Positions 36,098 to 46,297 of a DNA stretch of 64,000 nt are shown piece after piece. The notes beneath the pieces are model-generated. The model was not told where the DNA came from and searched no databases. It saw nothing but the letters and a program-made list of their open reading frames with translations. How positions within the stretch are numbered: position 1 is the first letter of the stretch; every line of letters begins with the position of its first letter. The translations under genes were made by a program, and so were the position numbers. Source of the DNA: an uncultured bacterium (GTDB lineage Bacteria; CSSED10-310; CALFER01); NCBI GenBank assembly GCA_964472395.1, contig CAYYMM010000003.1, positions 13,662 through 77,661 of the forward strand. The letters run 5' to 3'.

Positions 36098-37291
36098 ATG
36101 ATCAATCGAGATATATCCAAAGAATTGATTCGATCCGCCACGGAGTATCCCGTGGTGACCATTCTCGGACCGCGCCAGTCGGGCAAGACCACCCTGACCC
36201 GAATGACGTTCCCCAATAAGCCCTATTTTTCTCTTGAGGATCCTGATGTCCGGATGGCGGCCGAGGCCGACCCGCGGGGCTTTCTTGCACAAATGGAGAA
36301 CGGCGGTATTTTGGACGAGGTGCAACGCCTCCCGATTCTGCTTTCCTATATCCAGGGGATGGTCGACAAAACCACGCAACGCGGTCGTTTCATCCTGACT
36401 GGAAGCCATCAACCGCAGCTCCATGAGGCTATCAGCCAGTCGTTGGCGGGCCGCACGGCCATCTTGGTTCTATGGCCGTTTTCCCTTCGTGAGATTCGCC
36501 AGTACGATTCGGTCCGAGACCCCTTCGATTTAATCCATCAGGGCTTTTTCCCCAGGCTTCACGAGGAGAATCTGGAAGCGCGCCGGTTTTTCAACGGCTA
36601 CCTGCAGACCTACGTTGAGAGGGATGTCCGCGCCTTGATTCAGTTGCGTGATTTATCGCTGTTTCAGAAATTTCTCACCCTTTTGGCCGGACGGGTGGGA
36701 CATATCGTCAATCTCGCTTCGCTTGGCAATGATGTCGGCGCTTCCGGAACGACGATCAGAAACTGGCTATCCGTTCTGAAGGCATCCTATGTTGTGTTTG
36801 AACTTCCCCCGTTTTTCGAGAATGTTCATAAACGTGTGATCAAGTCGCCAAAAATCTATTTCACCGACGTTGGCCTCGCCGCGTTTCTACTCGGCATCCA
36901 TACATCGGAGCACGTTTCACGTGACCCTTTGCGCGGAAATCTTTATGAGAACCTCATCATCGCCGAAATCGTGAAAAGCGCATTGAACCGTGGAATCAGA
37001 CCTGAGATCTATTTCTTCCGTGATTCCCACGGCAACGAGATCGATCTGCTGGTCAAGGAAAAAGGTGTGCTCACGCCGGTTGAGATCAAGTCTGCTGCGA
37101 CATTTACCACGGATTATCTCCGGCAAATCGAAATGTTTCGAACACTGGGCATCCGGCGTGTTGCGCCTGGTGCGATCCTTTATAACGGCGAGCAAACATT
37201 CAATGTGCGAGGCATCCGTGTCATCAATCCATTCCAGGTGGAAGACATCTGGCAGACCTTGACCGAATTCCCTGAACAAGAAACCACATGA
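36098..37291 (+). CDS. AAA-family ATPase with DUF4143 C-terminal domain
   Basis: Walker A GPRQSGKTT. Architecture typical of AAA_14 + DUF4143 ATP-binding proteins, which are often in mobile or defence neighbourhoods. Confidence 0.7.
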   Translation: MINRDISKELIRSATEYPVVTILGPRQSGKTTLTRMTFPNKPYFSLEDPDVRMAAEADPRGFLAQMENGGILDEVQRLPILLSYIQGMVDKTTQRGRFILTGSHQPQLHEAISQSLAGRTAILVLWPFSLREIRQYDSVRDPFDLIHQGFFPRLHEENLEARRFFNGYLQTYVERDVRALIQLRDLSLFQKFLTLLAGRVGHIVNLASLGNDVGASGTTIRNWLSVLKASYVVFELPPFFENVHKRVIKSPKIYFTDVGLAAFLLGIHTSEHVSRDPLRGNLYENLIIAEIVKSALNRGIRPEIYFFRDSHGNEIDLLVKEKGVLTPVEIKSAATFTTDYLRQIEMFRTLGIRRVAPGAILYNGEQTFNVRGIRVINPFQVEDIWQTLTEFPEQETT

Positions 37292-37421
37292 TTTCGAACC
37301 GAAAATCGAGTGTTTCGATGCCGGTCAGACCGATCAGCGGCAACTCCTTCACCGCGCTGATCAGCCTGAGGCGCCAGTTTCCCCTATATTCGCCGCTGGA
37401 TTGTTCAGCGCCTATGGATTG

Positions 37422-39686
37422 TTATTCCCACCCGAACTCAACCATATCCAGCTGACCGATCAGAATGTGAACAGCAGGATCGACCAGCGCGGCATAGAAC
37501 CTGATTCCTTGAGCAGCTCCGACATTGGAGGGCCAGGAGAATGACGGGAGCACCTCCACATCGGTGATCCCTTCCGGAAATGAAGGATACCGGGCCAGAT
37601 AGGAATCGAACTCCGGAGTGAAGGTCGGACCCCAGAAGTAACTCCCAAATACATCCAGCAACACGAGGAGTGGGTAGCCGGTCAGAACATCGCCGGTGTT
37701 GTTGCAGATGTGCGCCGTGCAGGTGAACGTGTCACCGGCATGAAAGAGTGATTGCGACAGATCCAAGGTCACACCCATCTGATCGCAGATGTCGGGATTG
37801 GAATGACGGTACACGAAGGTTTCGACGGTGATTCCTTGCTGTCCGCCGCCATAGATCATTGAGCATTTCCTGGCTGAATCATAGATCATGGCGGTTGAAT
37901 GATAGGGAGCTGCGCGTCCACCCGTGGGCTCGATCAGATACCAGTCATACCCATCCCATTCCCATGTTTCATCGAAACCGGGCTCCAGGTTTTGAACACC
38001 GCCATGCATGACAACTCGGCATCGGTGTTGATCGAATGTGAATCCAAGGCTCTTACGTCGTGCAGGATTTGTTGTGGCCGGTTCGATCCGGGTCCAGTCG
38101 ACTCCATCGTATTCCCAGGTCTTGTCATAGTATCCGTTCTCAGCGCACCCTCCGAACAGAACCGTGACGCCTCGACAGCTGTCGAATGCCATTCCAAAGC
38201 CCCAGAGCCCTGGAGGATGATGATCCGGATACACCTGATACCAGGTTGTCCCATTATACTCCCACGTCTCGTCTTCCCACTCCTGCTCATAATAATAAGG
38301 TGGCTCGTAATAGAATGCAGACACACCTCCAAACAAGACGAGTCGTCCCCGAATGGAATCATAGACCATAGCAGCATTGGATCTCGGACCTGGAACGGCG
38401 GGAGGTGTCAGCTCATTCCAAGTCTGATCTCGGAAGACCCACATCCTATCAGAGGATAAGTCTGGCCCCTCCTGAGCATAACCACCATATAGAACGACAC
38501 CATTGAGAGAAGTCATATAAGCCATACAATGTGACCGAATCAAACCTGGAGTGACTGGCAAGTTGATTCCTGTCCAGAGTTGACTATCCCAAATAAATGT
38601 CTCGGTTGACATATATGAGGATTCAACTCCTCCGTATAGCACAGTTGTTTGCGCTAAGGGATCATATGCCATGTTGTGTCCACCAAGATCAGGCGGATAG
38701 TAGGGGTCCGGTGCTACAGACGTCCAGTCCACGCCATTATAAAACCAAGTGTCTCCGAAGTTTTCCCCTGCAACATTTCCTCCTCCGAAAAGCATGACTC
38801 GATTCGTTCGAGCATCCCATGTTGCTGAGTAATTTGATCGAGCGGAGGGTTTGTGCGGTGGGTTTATCTCGTTCCATTGAACACCGTCGAATTCCCACGT
38901 GTCATCATAGTTGCTTTCTCCGCTGAACAAAACAATTACCGAGCGTTCCGGATCGTAAACAATATTCTCCGCCCACCGTACGGGTGGTCGAGGAGGACTC
39001 ACCTCCGGATTTTCCCACTCCGAACCATCCCAATTCCAAAACTCAAATATTCCATTGTATTCTAACAGAACCACCACCTTCTGGATATCAGAATTGTAAA
39101 TCATCCCCGTACCAATCTTATCTGGAGGCCAGGGATTCGATCTCGGAATCCGATGCCATTCCTCCTGATCCCATTCCCAAAGGTCAGGGTGCTCAAACAA
39201 TGTATATCCATCAAACACGCAGATTACATTTCGATGACTATCATACGCAAAACTGTAGTATGAGCAGTCTTCAGGAAACGAGCTATTCTCATCGATCAGT
39301 GACCAGTCCGTACCAGTCCATTCCCAGATCTGGAACACGCTGTCAGATATTCGTCTTCCGAACAGTAAAATGCGATTGTTCAGTGTGTCGTAAACCATGG
39401 AAGCATTTCCCCAGAGTTGGTTCGGACTATGCTCCGTCAAACGAAAATTCCATTTTACTCCGTCCCATTCCCAGGTATCAGTAAGTTCGGATCCCGTATT
39501 TCTTCCGCCAAAAAGCAATACTGTGTTTGACTCAGGATTATAGCAGATCTCTAAACCACTTCGTGGAGTCAGCGGCTTCCCGATCTGCACCCATTCCATC
39601 GAGGAGGAGATTACATGGTCCGGAAGTGCAAAGCACAAACATGAAAGCAAGATGATCCATCCAAGTATGTTCTTGACCGTACTCAT
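37422..39686 (-). CDS. Secreted Kelch-like beta-propeller repeat protein, paralog 2, with conserved C-terminal domain
   Basis: GAGGAGA RBS then MSTVKNILGWIILLSCLCFA. Same architecture as paralog 1. Long nucleotide blocks identical to paralog 3. Confidence 0.8.
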   Translation of the reverse strand: MSTVKNILGWIILLSCLCFALPDHVISSSMEWVQIGKPLTPRSGLEICYNPESNTVLLFGGRNTGSELTDTWEWDGVKWNFRLTEHSPNQLWGNASMVYDTLNNRILLFGRRISDSVFQIWEWTGTDWSLIDENSSFPEDCSYYSFAYDSHRNVICVFDGYTLFEHPDLWEWDQEEWHRIPRSNPWPPDKIGTGMIYNSDIQKVVVLLEYNGIFEFWNWDGSEWENPEVSPPRPPVRWAENIVYDPERSVIVLFSGESNYDDTWEFDGVQWNEINPPHKPSARSNYSATWDARTNRVMLFGGGNVAGENFGDTWFYNGVDWTSVAPDPYYPPDLGGHNMAYDPLAQTTVLYGGVESSYMSTETFIWDSQLWTGINLPVTPGLIRSHCMAYMTSLNGVVLYGGYAQEGPDLSSDRMWVFRDQTWNELTPPAVPGPRSNAAMVYDSIRGRLVLFGGVSAFYYEPPYYYEQEWEDETWEYNGTTWYQVYPDHHPPGLWGFGMAFDSCRGVTVLFGGCAENGYYDKTWEYDGVDWTRIEPATTNPARRKSLGFTFDQHRCRVVMHGGVQNLEPGFDETWEWDGYDWYLIEPTGGRAAPYHSTAMIYDSARKCSMIYGGGQQGITVETFVYRHSNPDICDQMGVTLDLSQSLFHAGDTFTCTAHICNNTGDVLTGYPLLVLLDVFGSYFWGPTFTPEFDSYLARYPSFPEGITDVEVLPSFSWPSNVGAAQGIRFYAALVDPAVHILIGQLDMVEFGWE

Positions 39687-40081
39687 CCTGATCTCCTCTC
39701 TGCCATCGAGAATAACCCGATCATTTATGCAGATCAAATCAGAACATGAGATGATCAGACATGCAAGGAAAAGTCATAGGATATGACCTCTACGTTGTTT
39801 TCTATCGGGACTTGACTGAGGATCACGGTCGAACGCATCTCGTAACGCTCTTCGATCACGATGCGTTTCTTTCTGACATGCCGACACGTCGGACACCAGC
39901 CGCGCTGTCGAATCTGGTGGCCACGTAGAATCGGAATTACTTACCAACCGGGGAGGAAGCGGTCGTCTATTCCTGATCGAATTCTATGTGTTGTTTTCAG
40001 GTGCTCGCGAACCCGGAATCACTGCTCGCATTTTACCGGAATTGAAAGTGCTCGCGGCCGGAATATGCACGAAAAGAGAGA

Positions 40082-40504
40082 TCAGTGGTTTCGGGAGTTT
40101 GCGAGGACCTGATTGAGTTTCAGGTCTGAGATCCTATTGAAATGACGAAGGTTTCCGGTGATAAGTTCCAAATCATGTTCGATGGCTGTAGCTGCAATCT
40201 GAATATCTGCGTCAGGGAGGATTACACCAGTATCTTCAAGATTAGCTCGGATTTTACCAAAAACCTTCGCTGTGATGATGTCGAAAGGTAAAACGGTGAC
40301 AGCAGGTAAAACACGTTGCTCGATATTGGTCAGGTGTCGTTCGCGATCACGGGCGCGATATGCACCTTTGTATAACTCACCTATTACAACAGCACTCGTG
40401 AATTGCTCTTCACGCGCAACTTTCATAATCCATTTCACATAAGCTGTTGCAGGGTGTGGGCGGAGAAGTTCCGAAATTGCATCCGTATCAAAGAGGAATG
40501 CCAT
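40082..40504 (-). CDS. vapC: VapC-type PIN-domain toxin
   Basis: MAFLFDTDAISELLRP... PIN fold with conserved acidic residues (FDTD, ...DADIQIAATAIEHDLELITGN). Confidence 0.8.
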   Translation of the reverse strand: MAFLFDTDAISELLRPHPATAYVKWIMKVAREEQFTSAVVIGELYKGAYRARDRERHLTNIEQRVLPAVTVLPFDIITAKVFGKIRANLEDTGVILPDADIQIAATAIEHDLELITGNLRHFNRISDLKLNQVLANSRNH

Positions 40505-40787
40505 TTTTTTGTTCCAGATCCGGAGTATCACGCTGACCCTGTCGAGGAGAAGCGCTGAGGATAGAAACCAGCTCTTCGCTGTTTTCCCAACCCCCAGCAA
40601 TACTGGCAAGTCCACTCCCTGGTCCTGCTTTTCTCAAACGCTCAAGATGTTCGAGGTCACTCGGGCTGACAAGAGCAGCGACAGGTTTACCATGTCTGGT
40701 TATCAGCACAGCATTGCCTGCTTGAACTTTGCGAATGCATTCTGAAAAAGTTGCTTTGGCCTCAGCCACGGAAATGTTCTTCTCCAT
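40488..40787 (-). CDS. Phd/YefM-family antitoxin
   Basis: AAGGAGG RBS. ISVAEAKATFSECIRKVQAGNAVLITRHGKPVAALVSPSDLEHLERL matches Phd/YefM. 17-nt overlap with vapC. Confidence 0.75.
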   Translation of the reverse strand: MEKNISVAEAKATFSECIRKVQAGNAVLITRHGKPVAALVSPSDLEHLERLRKAGPGSGLASIAGGWENSEELVSILSASPRQGQRDTPDLEQKNGIPL

Positions 40788-40803
40788 AATCGGCCTCCTT
40801 TAT

Positions 40804-40825
40804 GGTCATTATAACCATTATGACC
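40804..40825. promoter_or_regulatory. Imperfect palindrome GGTCATTATAACCATTATGACC, candidate TA operator
   Basis: GGTCAT...ATGACC arms immediately upstream of the antitoxin RBS; typical position for TA autoregulation. Confidence 0.35.
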
Positions 40826-41147
40826 TAAATATCAAGAATATGATTGAGACAATCGTATCACTTGCGTTGCTCACAACCTCGGAGCTTCCTACACATCGGG
40901 GATTCGCGCGTCGGCACCCAATGATCGATCGTCATGGTAGCCTTCATTCCAATGCGGATTGAACACAACCTTCAAATATGCAGCTCGTTTGAAGAATAAC
41001 ACGAAGAATCAATCCACCCGCCTTGCCAATAGGGTTCGAAACGGACACATTCCAGACTCGCAGAATCAAGTTCAATAGTGACGTCAATGTCGTGTATGAG
41101 CTCATGGACTGAGGAAATGGCGAACAACAACGTGGAGGTTTCGTCTG

Positions 41148-43394
41148 TTATTCCCACCCGAACTCAACCATATCCAACTGCCCGATCAGAATGTGAACGG
41201 CGGGATCGACCAGTGCGGCATAAAACCTGATTCCTTGAGCAGCTCCGACATTGGATGGCCAGGAGAATGACGGGAGCACCTCCACATCGGTGATCCCTTC
41301 CGGAAATGAAGGATACCGGGCCAGATAGGAATCGAACTCCGGAGTGAAGGTCGGACCCCAGAAGTAACTCCCAAATACATCCAGCAACACGAGGAGTGGG
41401 TAGCCGGTCAGAACATCGCCGGTGTTGTTGCAGATGTGCGCCGTGCAGGTGAACGTGTCACCGGCATGAAAGAGTGATTGCGACAGATCCAAGGTCACAC
41501 CCATCTGATCGCAGATGTCGGGATTGGAATGACGGTACACGAAGGTTTCGACCGTCACTTCGCCATGACCGCCTCCGAAGATGGTGGTGCACTTCTGCGC
41601 GGAATCATAAACCATCGCATGTCCGTAATACGGAGCGGCTCGTCCACCATTCGGCTCGATCAGATACCAGTCATACCCGTCCCATTCCCATGTTTCATCG
41701 AAACCGGGCTTCAGGTTTTGAACACCGCCATGCATGACAACACGACAACGACGGTGATCAAATGCTAACCTCAGATCCTTCCTTCGTGCAGGGTTGGTTG
41801 TGGCCGGTTCGATCCGGGTCCAGTCGACTCCAGTGTACTCCCAGGTCTTGTCATAGTATCCGTTTTCAGCACATCCTCCGAACAGAACCGTGACGCCTCG
41901 ACAACTGTCAAAAGCCATCCCAAAGCCCCAGAGTCCCGGAGGATGATGATCCGGAAACACCTGATACCATGTGCTCCCATCGTACTCCCACGTCTCGTCT
42001 TCCCACTCCTGATAGGGGGGATCGTTATAGTCGGCAGACACGCCTCCGAACAGCACGAGCTTCCCTCGGATGGAATCATAGGCCATCTCAGCGCCAGCTC
42101 TCGGACCGGGAACGACGGGAGGTGTCAGCTCGTTCCATGTCTGATTGCGGAACACCCACATTTTATCATTGAAATAGGCGGGGCCGTCCCATTTCCTTCC
42201 GCCATACAATACGATCCCATCGTGATCGGCAATGTAAGCCATACAATGAACGGAAATCTGACCGGGATTGGGTGACAAACTGTAACCAAACCACGTTTGC
42301 CCATCCCACAGATATGTCTCGGTTGACATGTATGAGGATTCAACTCCTCCGTATAGCACAGTTATTTGTGATGAGGGATCGTATGCCATGTTGTGTCCGC
42401 CGAGATCAGGCGGATAATAGGGGTCTGGCGTTACATAGGTCCAGTCCACTCCGTCGTAGAACCAGGTATCTCCGAATTTCTCCCCTGCATCATTCCCTCC
42501 ACCGAAGATCATGACTCGATTCGTTCGAGCATCCCACGTCGATGCGTAACCTGATCGAGCGGAGGGTTTGTGGGGTGGATCGACCTCGTTCCATCGCGTG
42601 CCGTTGAATTCCCAAGTTTCTTCACTCCAACTCTGACCACCATACATAACCATAGAGGATCGAATCGGATCGAATTCTATTCTCGAACCGCTTCGTTCAG
42701 TCGGATGCGGACCAGATATCTCCGGTTTCTCCCAAACAGAGCCATCCCAATACCAGGGGTCTATCTGTCCGTTGTAATTATCAAAGGCAATCACTCTATG
42801 GATCTCTGAGTTATACGCCAAACCGGCTAATGATAATCCTTGTGGCCAAGGGGTCGATTTCGGTATCTGATGCCATTCGCTTTGATCCCACTCCCAAAGT
42901 TCATATCTGGAAGTGTCTGTATGCCCTCCGAACAAACAGATGACATCACGCTCTTCGTCATATACCGACCGAAAGTAAACCCATCTCAAAGGGAGCAAAT
43001 CGCTCTCGTCGATAAGTGTCCAGTCATTATCTGCCAATTGCCAGATTTGAAATTGTTGCCCGGGATCGACATATCCAGTTAACAGTAACCTATTATTCAA
43101 GGAATCATACAGTAACGCTGGTAGTCCGTAGAAATCTTTGGGCGTGTGAGGTGTCGAGATAAAATTCCACCGCACACCATCCCATTCCCATGTTTCAATG
43201 TCTTCAACGCCTACAGAGTATCCACCGAATAGAAACACTGAGTCGGTTGCTGGATTATAGCAAATGCTGGAACCATATCGTGTAATCAACGGCTTTCCGA
43301 TCTGCACCCATTCCATTGATGATGAGAAAGTACTCTCCGGTATCGACACACACATCCATATCAGCAAAATGACGGGTCCTGCATTCGGCTTCAC
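41148..43394 (-). CDS. Secreted Kelch-like beta-propeller repeat protein, paralog 3 (mosaic of paralogs 1 and 2), with conserved C-terminal domain
   Basis: GTG start with signal peptide KPNAGPVILLIWMCVSIPESTFS. 5' coding blocks nearly identical at nucleotide level to paralog 2 (41246..41556 vs 37520..37830) and to paralog 1 (41521..41645 vs 34046..34170). Confidence 0.8.
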   Translation of the reverse strand: MKPNAGPVILLIWMCVSIPESTFSSSMEWVQIGKPLITRYGSSICYNPATDSVFLFGGYSVGVEDIETWEWDGVRWNFISTPHTPKDFYGLPALLYDSLNNRLLLTGYVDPGQQFQIWQLADNDWTLIDESDLLPLRWVYFRSVYDEERDVICLFGGHTDTSRYELWEWDQSEWHQIPKSTPWPQGLSLAGLAYNSEIHRVIAFDNYNGQIDPWYWDGSVWEKPEISGPHPTERSGSRIEFDPIRSSMVMYGGQSWSEETWEFNGTRWNEVDPPHKPSARSGYASTWDARTNRVMIFGGGNDAGEKFGDTWFYDGVDWTYVTPDPYYPPDLGGHNMAYDPSSQITVLYGGVESSYMSTETYLWDGQTWFGYSLSPNPGQISVHCMAYIADHDGIVLYGGRKWDGPAYFNDKMWVFRNQTWNELTPPVVPGPRAGAEMAYDSIRGKLVLFGGVSADYNDPPYQEWEDETWEYDGSTWYQVFPDHHPPGLWGFGMAFDSCRGVTVLFGGCAENGYYDKTWEYTGVDWTRIEPATTNPARRKDLRLAFDHRRCRVVMHGGVQNLKPGFDETWEWDGYDWYLIEPNGGRAAPYYGHAMVYDSAQKCTTIFGGGHGEVTVETFVYRHSNPDICDQMGVTLDLSQSLFHAGDTFTCTAHICNNTGDVLTGYPLLVLLDVFGSYFWGPTFTPEFDSYLARYPSFPEGITDVEVLPSFSWPSNVGAAQGIRFYAALVDPAVHILIGQLDMVEFGWE

Positions 43395-43686
43395 GGTTAT
43401 CGTCCCATGCCTCCTATCTGCATCCGAGAATATCCGCCGCGTTCCACCGGGTCAACTCAGTCTCTCGGATTCATCTCCCGCTGCGCCCCAACGAACGCAT
43501 CCGATCTATGCACGATGGATATGTAAAAAATCGCTTATCTGAATGAACGCATCCGGAGTCCCGGCCGTTCCTGCTCAACCGCATAAACGGCCTTGGAGAC
43601 TGGCACGGTTGGGCTCTGTATCAATAAACCGAATTAAGTAAGGTGTCCCTTTATTTCGCTAAACTGAAAACTGAAAACCGAAAACC

Positions 43687-44571
43687 CTACTCCATCAAAA
43701 CACTTGCCACAATGCCCTCAAACGCCTTCACGGCCGGATCGCCCGCATCCCCCAGCGCAAACGGAGTGCCTCGGTCACCCCCCCGCCCGATCGACGGAAT
43801 GATCGGTAACCGCCCCAGAAACCGCACGCCCATCTCCTCCGCCATCCCGGCCGCCCCTCCGGTCTCAAAAATCGGACTCTCAACCCCGCAATGCGGACAC
43901 ACGAACCCACTCATGTTCTCGATGACCCCTCTCACATCCAGCCCGACCTGACGACAGAACACGATCGACTTCCGCACATCCGTCACCGCCACGGGTTGCG
44001 GTGTCGATACGATCACGGCATGGCCCGAACAATCCAGCAGCTTCGCCATGGTGAGAGGCTCGTCGCCGGTTCCCGGCGGGCTGTCGATGACCAGAACATC
44101 GAGATCCCCCCAATCGACATCCCGCACGAACTGCCGGATCACCGACGCCTTCATCGGGCCGCGCCAGATGACGGCCTTGTCCGGATGCGGCAGCGCCAAC
44201 CCGACGGACATCGCCCGGATGCCATATACTTCCACCGGTTGAATGACACCATCATGCACACGGATCTGACCGGTCTCCAACCCCAGCATCATCGGGAGAC
44301 TCGGGCCGTGAATGTCGATGTCGAGCAACCCGGTGCGATGCCCCCGTCGAGCGAGCGCAACGGCCAGATTGACGGCACAGGTGCTCTTCCCCACTCCCCC
44401 TTTTCCCGACATCACGAGCAGCTTCGTGCGGATGCGGCCGAGTTGCCGACGGATCAGCTCATCATCCGCACTCATGCCCGTGACCGGATTCCCCTCAACC
44501 GGACGGGTCGGACAGTCCGACCGTCCGCAACTCGAACATTTTTTATCGTCGTCCTTTCGATCAGTCATCAT
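43687..44571 (-). CDS. mrp: Mrp/NBP35-family Fe-S cluster carrier ATPase (ApbC-like)
   Basis: P-loop LVMSGKGGVGKST, CPHCG motif, ParA-like fold. Start at MMTDRK with an AAGGA RBS. Confidence 0.85.
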   Translation of the reverse strand: MMTDRKDDDKKCSSCGRSDCPTRPVEGNPVTGMSADDELIRRQLGRIRTKLLVMSGKGGVGKSTCAVNLAVALARRGHRTGLLDIDIHGPSLPMMLGLETGQIRVHDGVIQPVEVYGIRAMSVGLALPHPDKAVIWRGPMKASVIRQFVRDVDWGDLDVLVIDSPPGTGDEPLTMAKLLDCSGHAVIVSTPQPVAVTDVRKSIVFCRQVGLDVRGVIENMSGFVCPHCGVESPIFETGGAAGMAEEMGVRFLGRLPIIPSIGRGGDRGTPFALGDAGDPAVKAFEGIVASVLME

Positions 44572-44593
44572 ATTCCTTTTCCCTGGAATCCTT

Positions 44594-46267
44594 TCATGGT
44601 GTCGCGGCCCCACCCTGCCATGCGTGAAGCCATCGATGCGCCTCCTCGGCCAGCGACTTCCCGACCTCATCCTCCTCGCTGACCACGAAGTCCGCTCCGG
44701 CATCACGGAGCGATTCCCGGAAAATGTGATACCGCGCCCGCACCATGATCCGGGATTCAGGCGCCAGAAACCGACATAACTCGATAATTTTCCGGTTGAC
44801 AGTCGGATCCGGGATCGTGATCAGAATGGCGCAGGCATGCCGAATGTCCAGATGCTCCAGAACCTCGGGGTTCGTCGCATCTCCCGCATGAAACTCCACT
44901 CCGAGCGACTCGGCATATTGAGCGTTCCTGAGATTCGAATCGAGGACCACGAGATTCTGCTGATGTTCCGGCACGAGACTTGAGACTACACGCTGAGCGG
45001 ACGGTCCGAATCCGATGATCACCACCCGCGGAAGATCCGGAATCCTGCCGGGATGGTGCGTGTTCCGCTCGGATTCCTGCCGGCGCTGCCGGAAACGGAG
45101 AGTCTGAAGTCCATGAGCCAGGTGAGGGGCCATCCGCACGAGATACGGTGTCAGGATGAACAGCACGACCGTCACCGACATGAGGAGCATGGCGAGATCA
45201 TCATCGAGAACACCATTCTTCTGCGCAATGCGGATCAGCACGAACGAAAATTCACCGATCTGCGCCAGACACAAACCCGTGGCCAGCGACACGCCGCGAC
45301 GGAACCCGAACCCCCTCGCAATCAGTGTGATGATGAGCATCTTTCCCAGAACGATGGCGGGCACGGTCAGCGCGACCCGGCTGAGATTGTTCCAGATCCA
45401 GAGGGGATCGGTGAGCATCCCGACACTGCTGAAGAACAAGGTCAAAAACAGCACACGCAAGGCGGAGATATCCGCCCGAATCTGAACTGACAGGGAACAT
45501 TCAGCCAGAAGCATGCCCGACACGAATGCGCCGAACGATGGACTGAGTCCGACTTCATGCGACAGCCAGGACGCTCCGAGTGCAGTGACCGAAGCGAACA
45601 GGACGGTGAGTTCGCGGTTGCGCATCCAGCTCCGCATCTGAATGATCCTCGGAACGATATGCATGAAAAGCAGATACAGCAGAACAATCATCACTGCCGC
45701 TGCTCCGAGTTTTCGGACGATCAGATGGCCGACCGGATTCGAAGTGGAGTTCAAGCCGATCGAGGACACCAGAAGGAGCATCGGGACCACGGCAATGTCC
45801 TGCAGGAGCAGAATGCCGACGGCATTGCGACCGAAGACGCTGTCAAGTTGCGTCGTATCGATCAGAATCCGCACGACAAAAGCCGTACTCGACAGGGTGA
45901 TGACCGCACCGACCACGAGCGACACTCGCCAGTCAAAGTTCGAAAGATACGCAATCAGATCGGCGATTCCCCAGGTGATCAGCACCTGAAGCGTTCCGCC
46001 GATAAAGGTAATCGGGCCGATGCGGATCAGTTTCGAGAGCGAAAACTCAAGTCCGATCGAGAACAGCAGCAGGGTGACGCCCAGTTCGGCAATGGCCTCG
46101 ACACGATCCGCCGACCCGATCAGGTCGAATCCATGCGGCCCGATCAGGATGCCCGCCAGGATGTACCCGATGACGGCACTCTGGCGAAACCGTTCTGCAA
46201 GCGTGCCCAGAAAGAGCGCGCTGGTCAGGATCACGAGAATGCCGATGATGTTGTCCCAGAGGTACAT
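44594..46267 (-). CDS. CPA2-family cation:proton antiporter (KefB/KefC-like) with C-terminal TrkA-N/RCK domain
   Basis: About 12 TM helices with the Na_H_Exchanger signature. C-terminal VVIIGFGPSAQRV Rossmann-like RCK domain. Confidence 0.85.
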   Translation of the reverse strand: MYLWDNIIGILVILTSALFLGTLAERFRQSAVIGYILAGILIGPHGFDLIGSADRVEAIAELGVTLLLFSIGLEFSLSKLIRIGPITFIGGTLQVLITWGIADLIAYLSNFDWRVSLVVGAVITLSSTAFVVRILIDTTQLDSVFGRNAVGILLLQDIAVVPMLLLVSSIGLNSTSNPVGHLIVRKLGAAAVMIVLLYLLFMHIVPRIIQMRSWMRNRELTVLFASVTALGASWLSHEVGLSPSFGAFVSGMLLAECSLSVQIRADISALRVLFLTLFFSSVGMLTDPLWIWNNLSRVALTVPAIVLGKMLIITLIARGFGFRRGVSLATGLCLAQIGEFSFVLIRIAQKNGVLDDDLAMLLMSVTVVLFILTPYLVRMAPHLAHGLQTLRFRQRRQESERNTHHPGRIPDLPRVVIIGFGPSAQRVVSSLVPEHQQNLVVLDSNLRNAQYAESLGVEFHAGDATNPEVLEHLDIRHACAILITIPDPTVNRKIIELCRFLAPESRIMVRARYHIFRESLRDAGADFVVSEEDEVGKSLAEEAHRWLHAWQGGAATP

Positions 46268-46297
46268 TCGTCCATTCTATTCCAGGGATTTTCAAAT

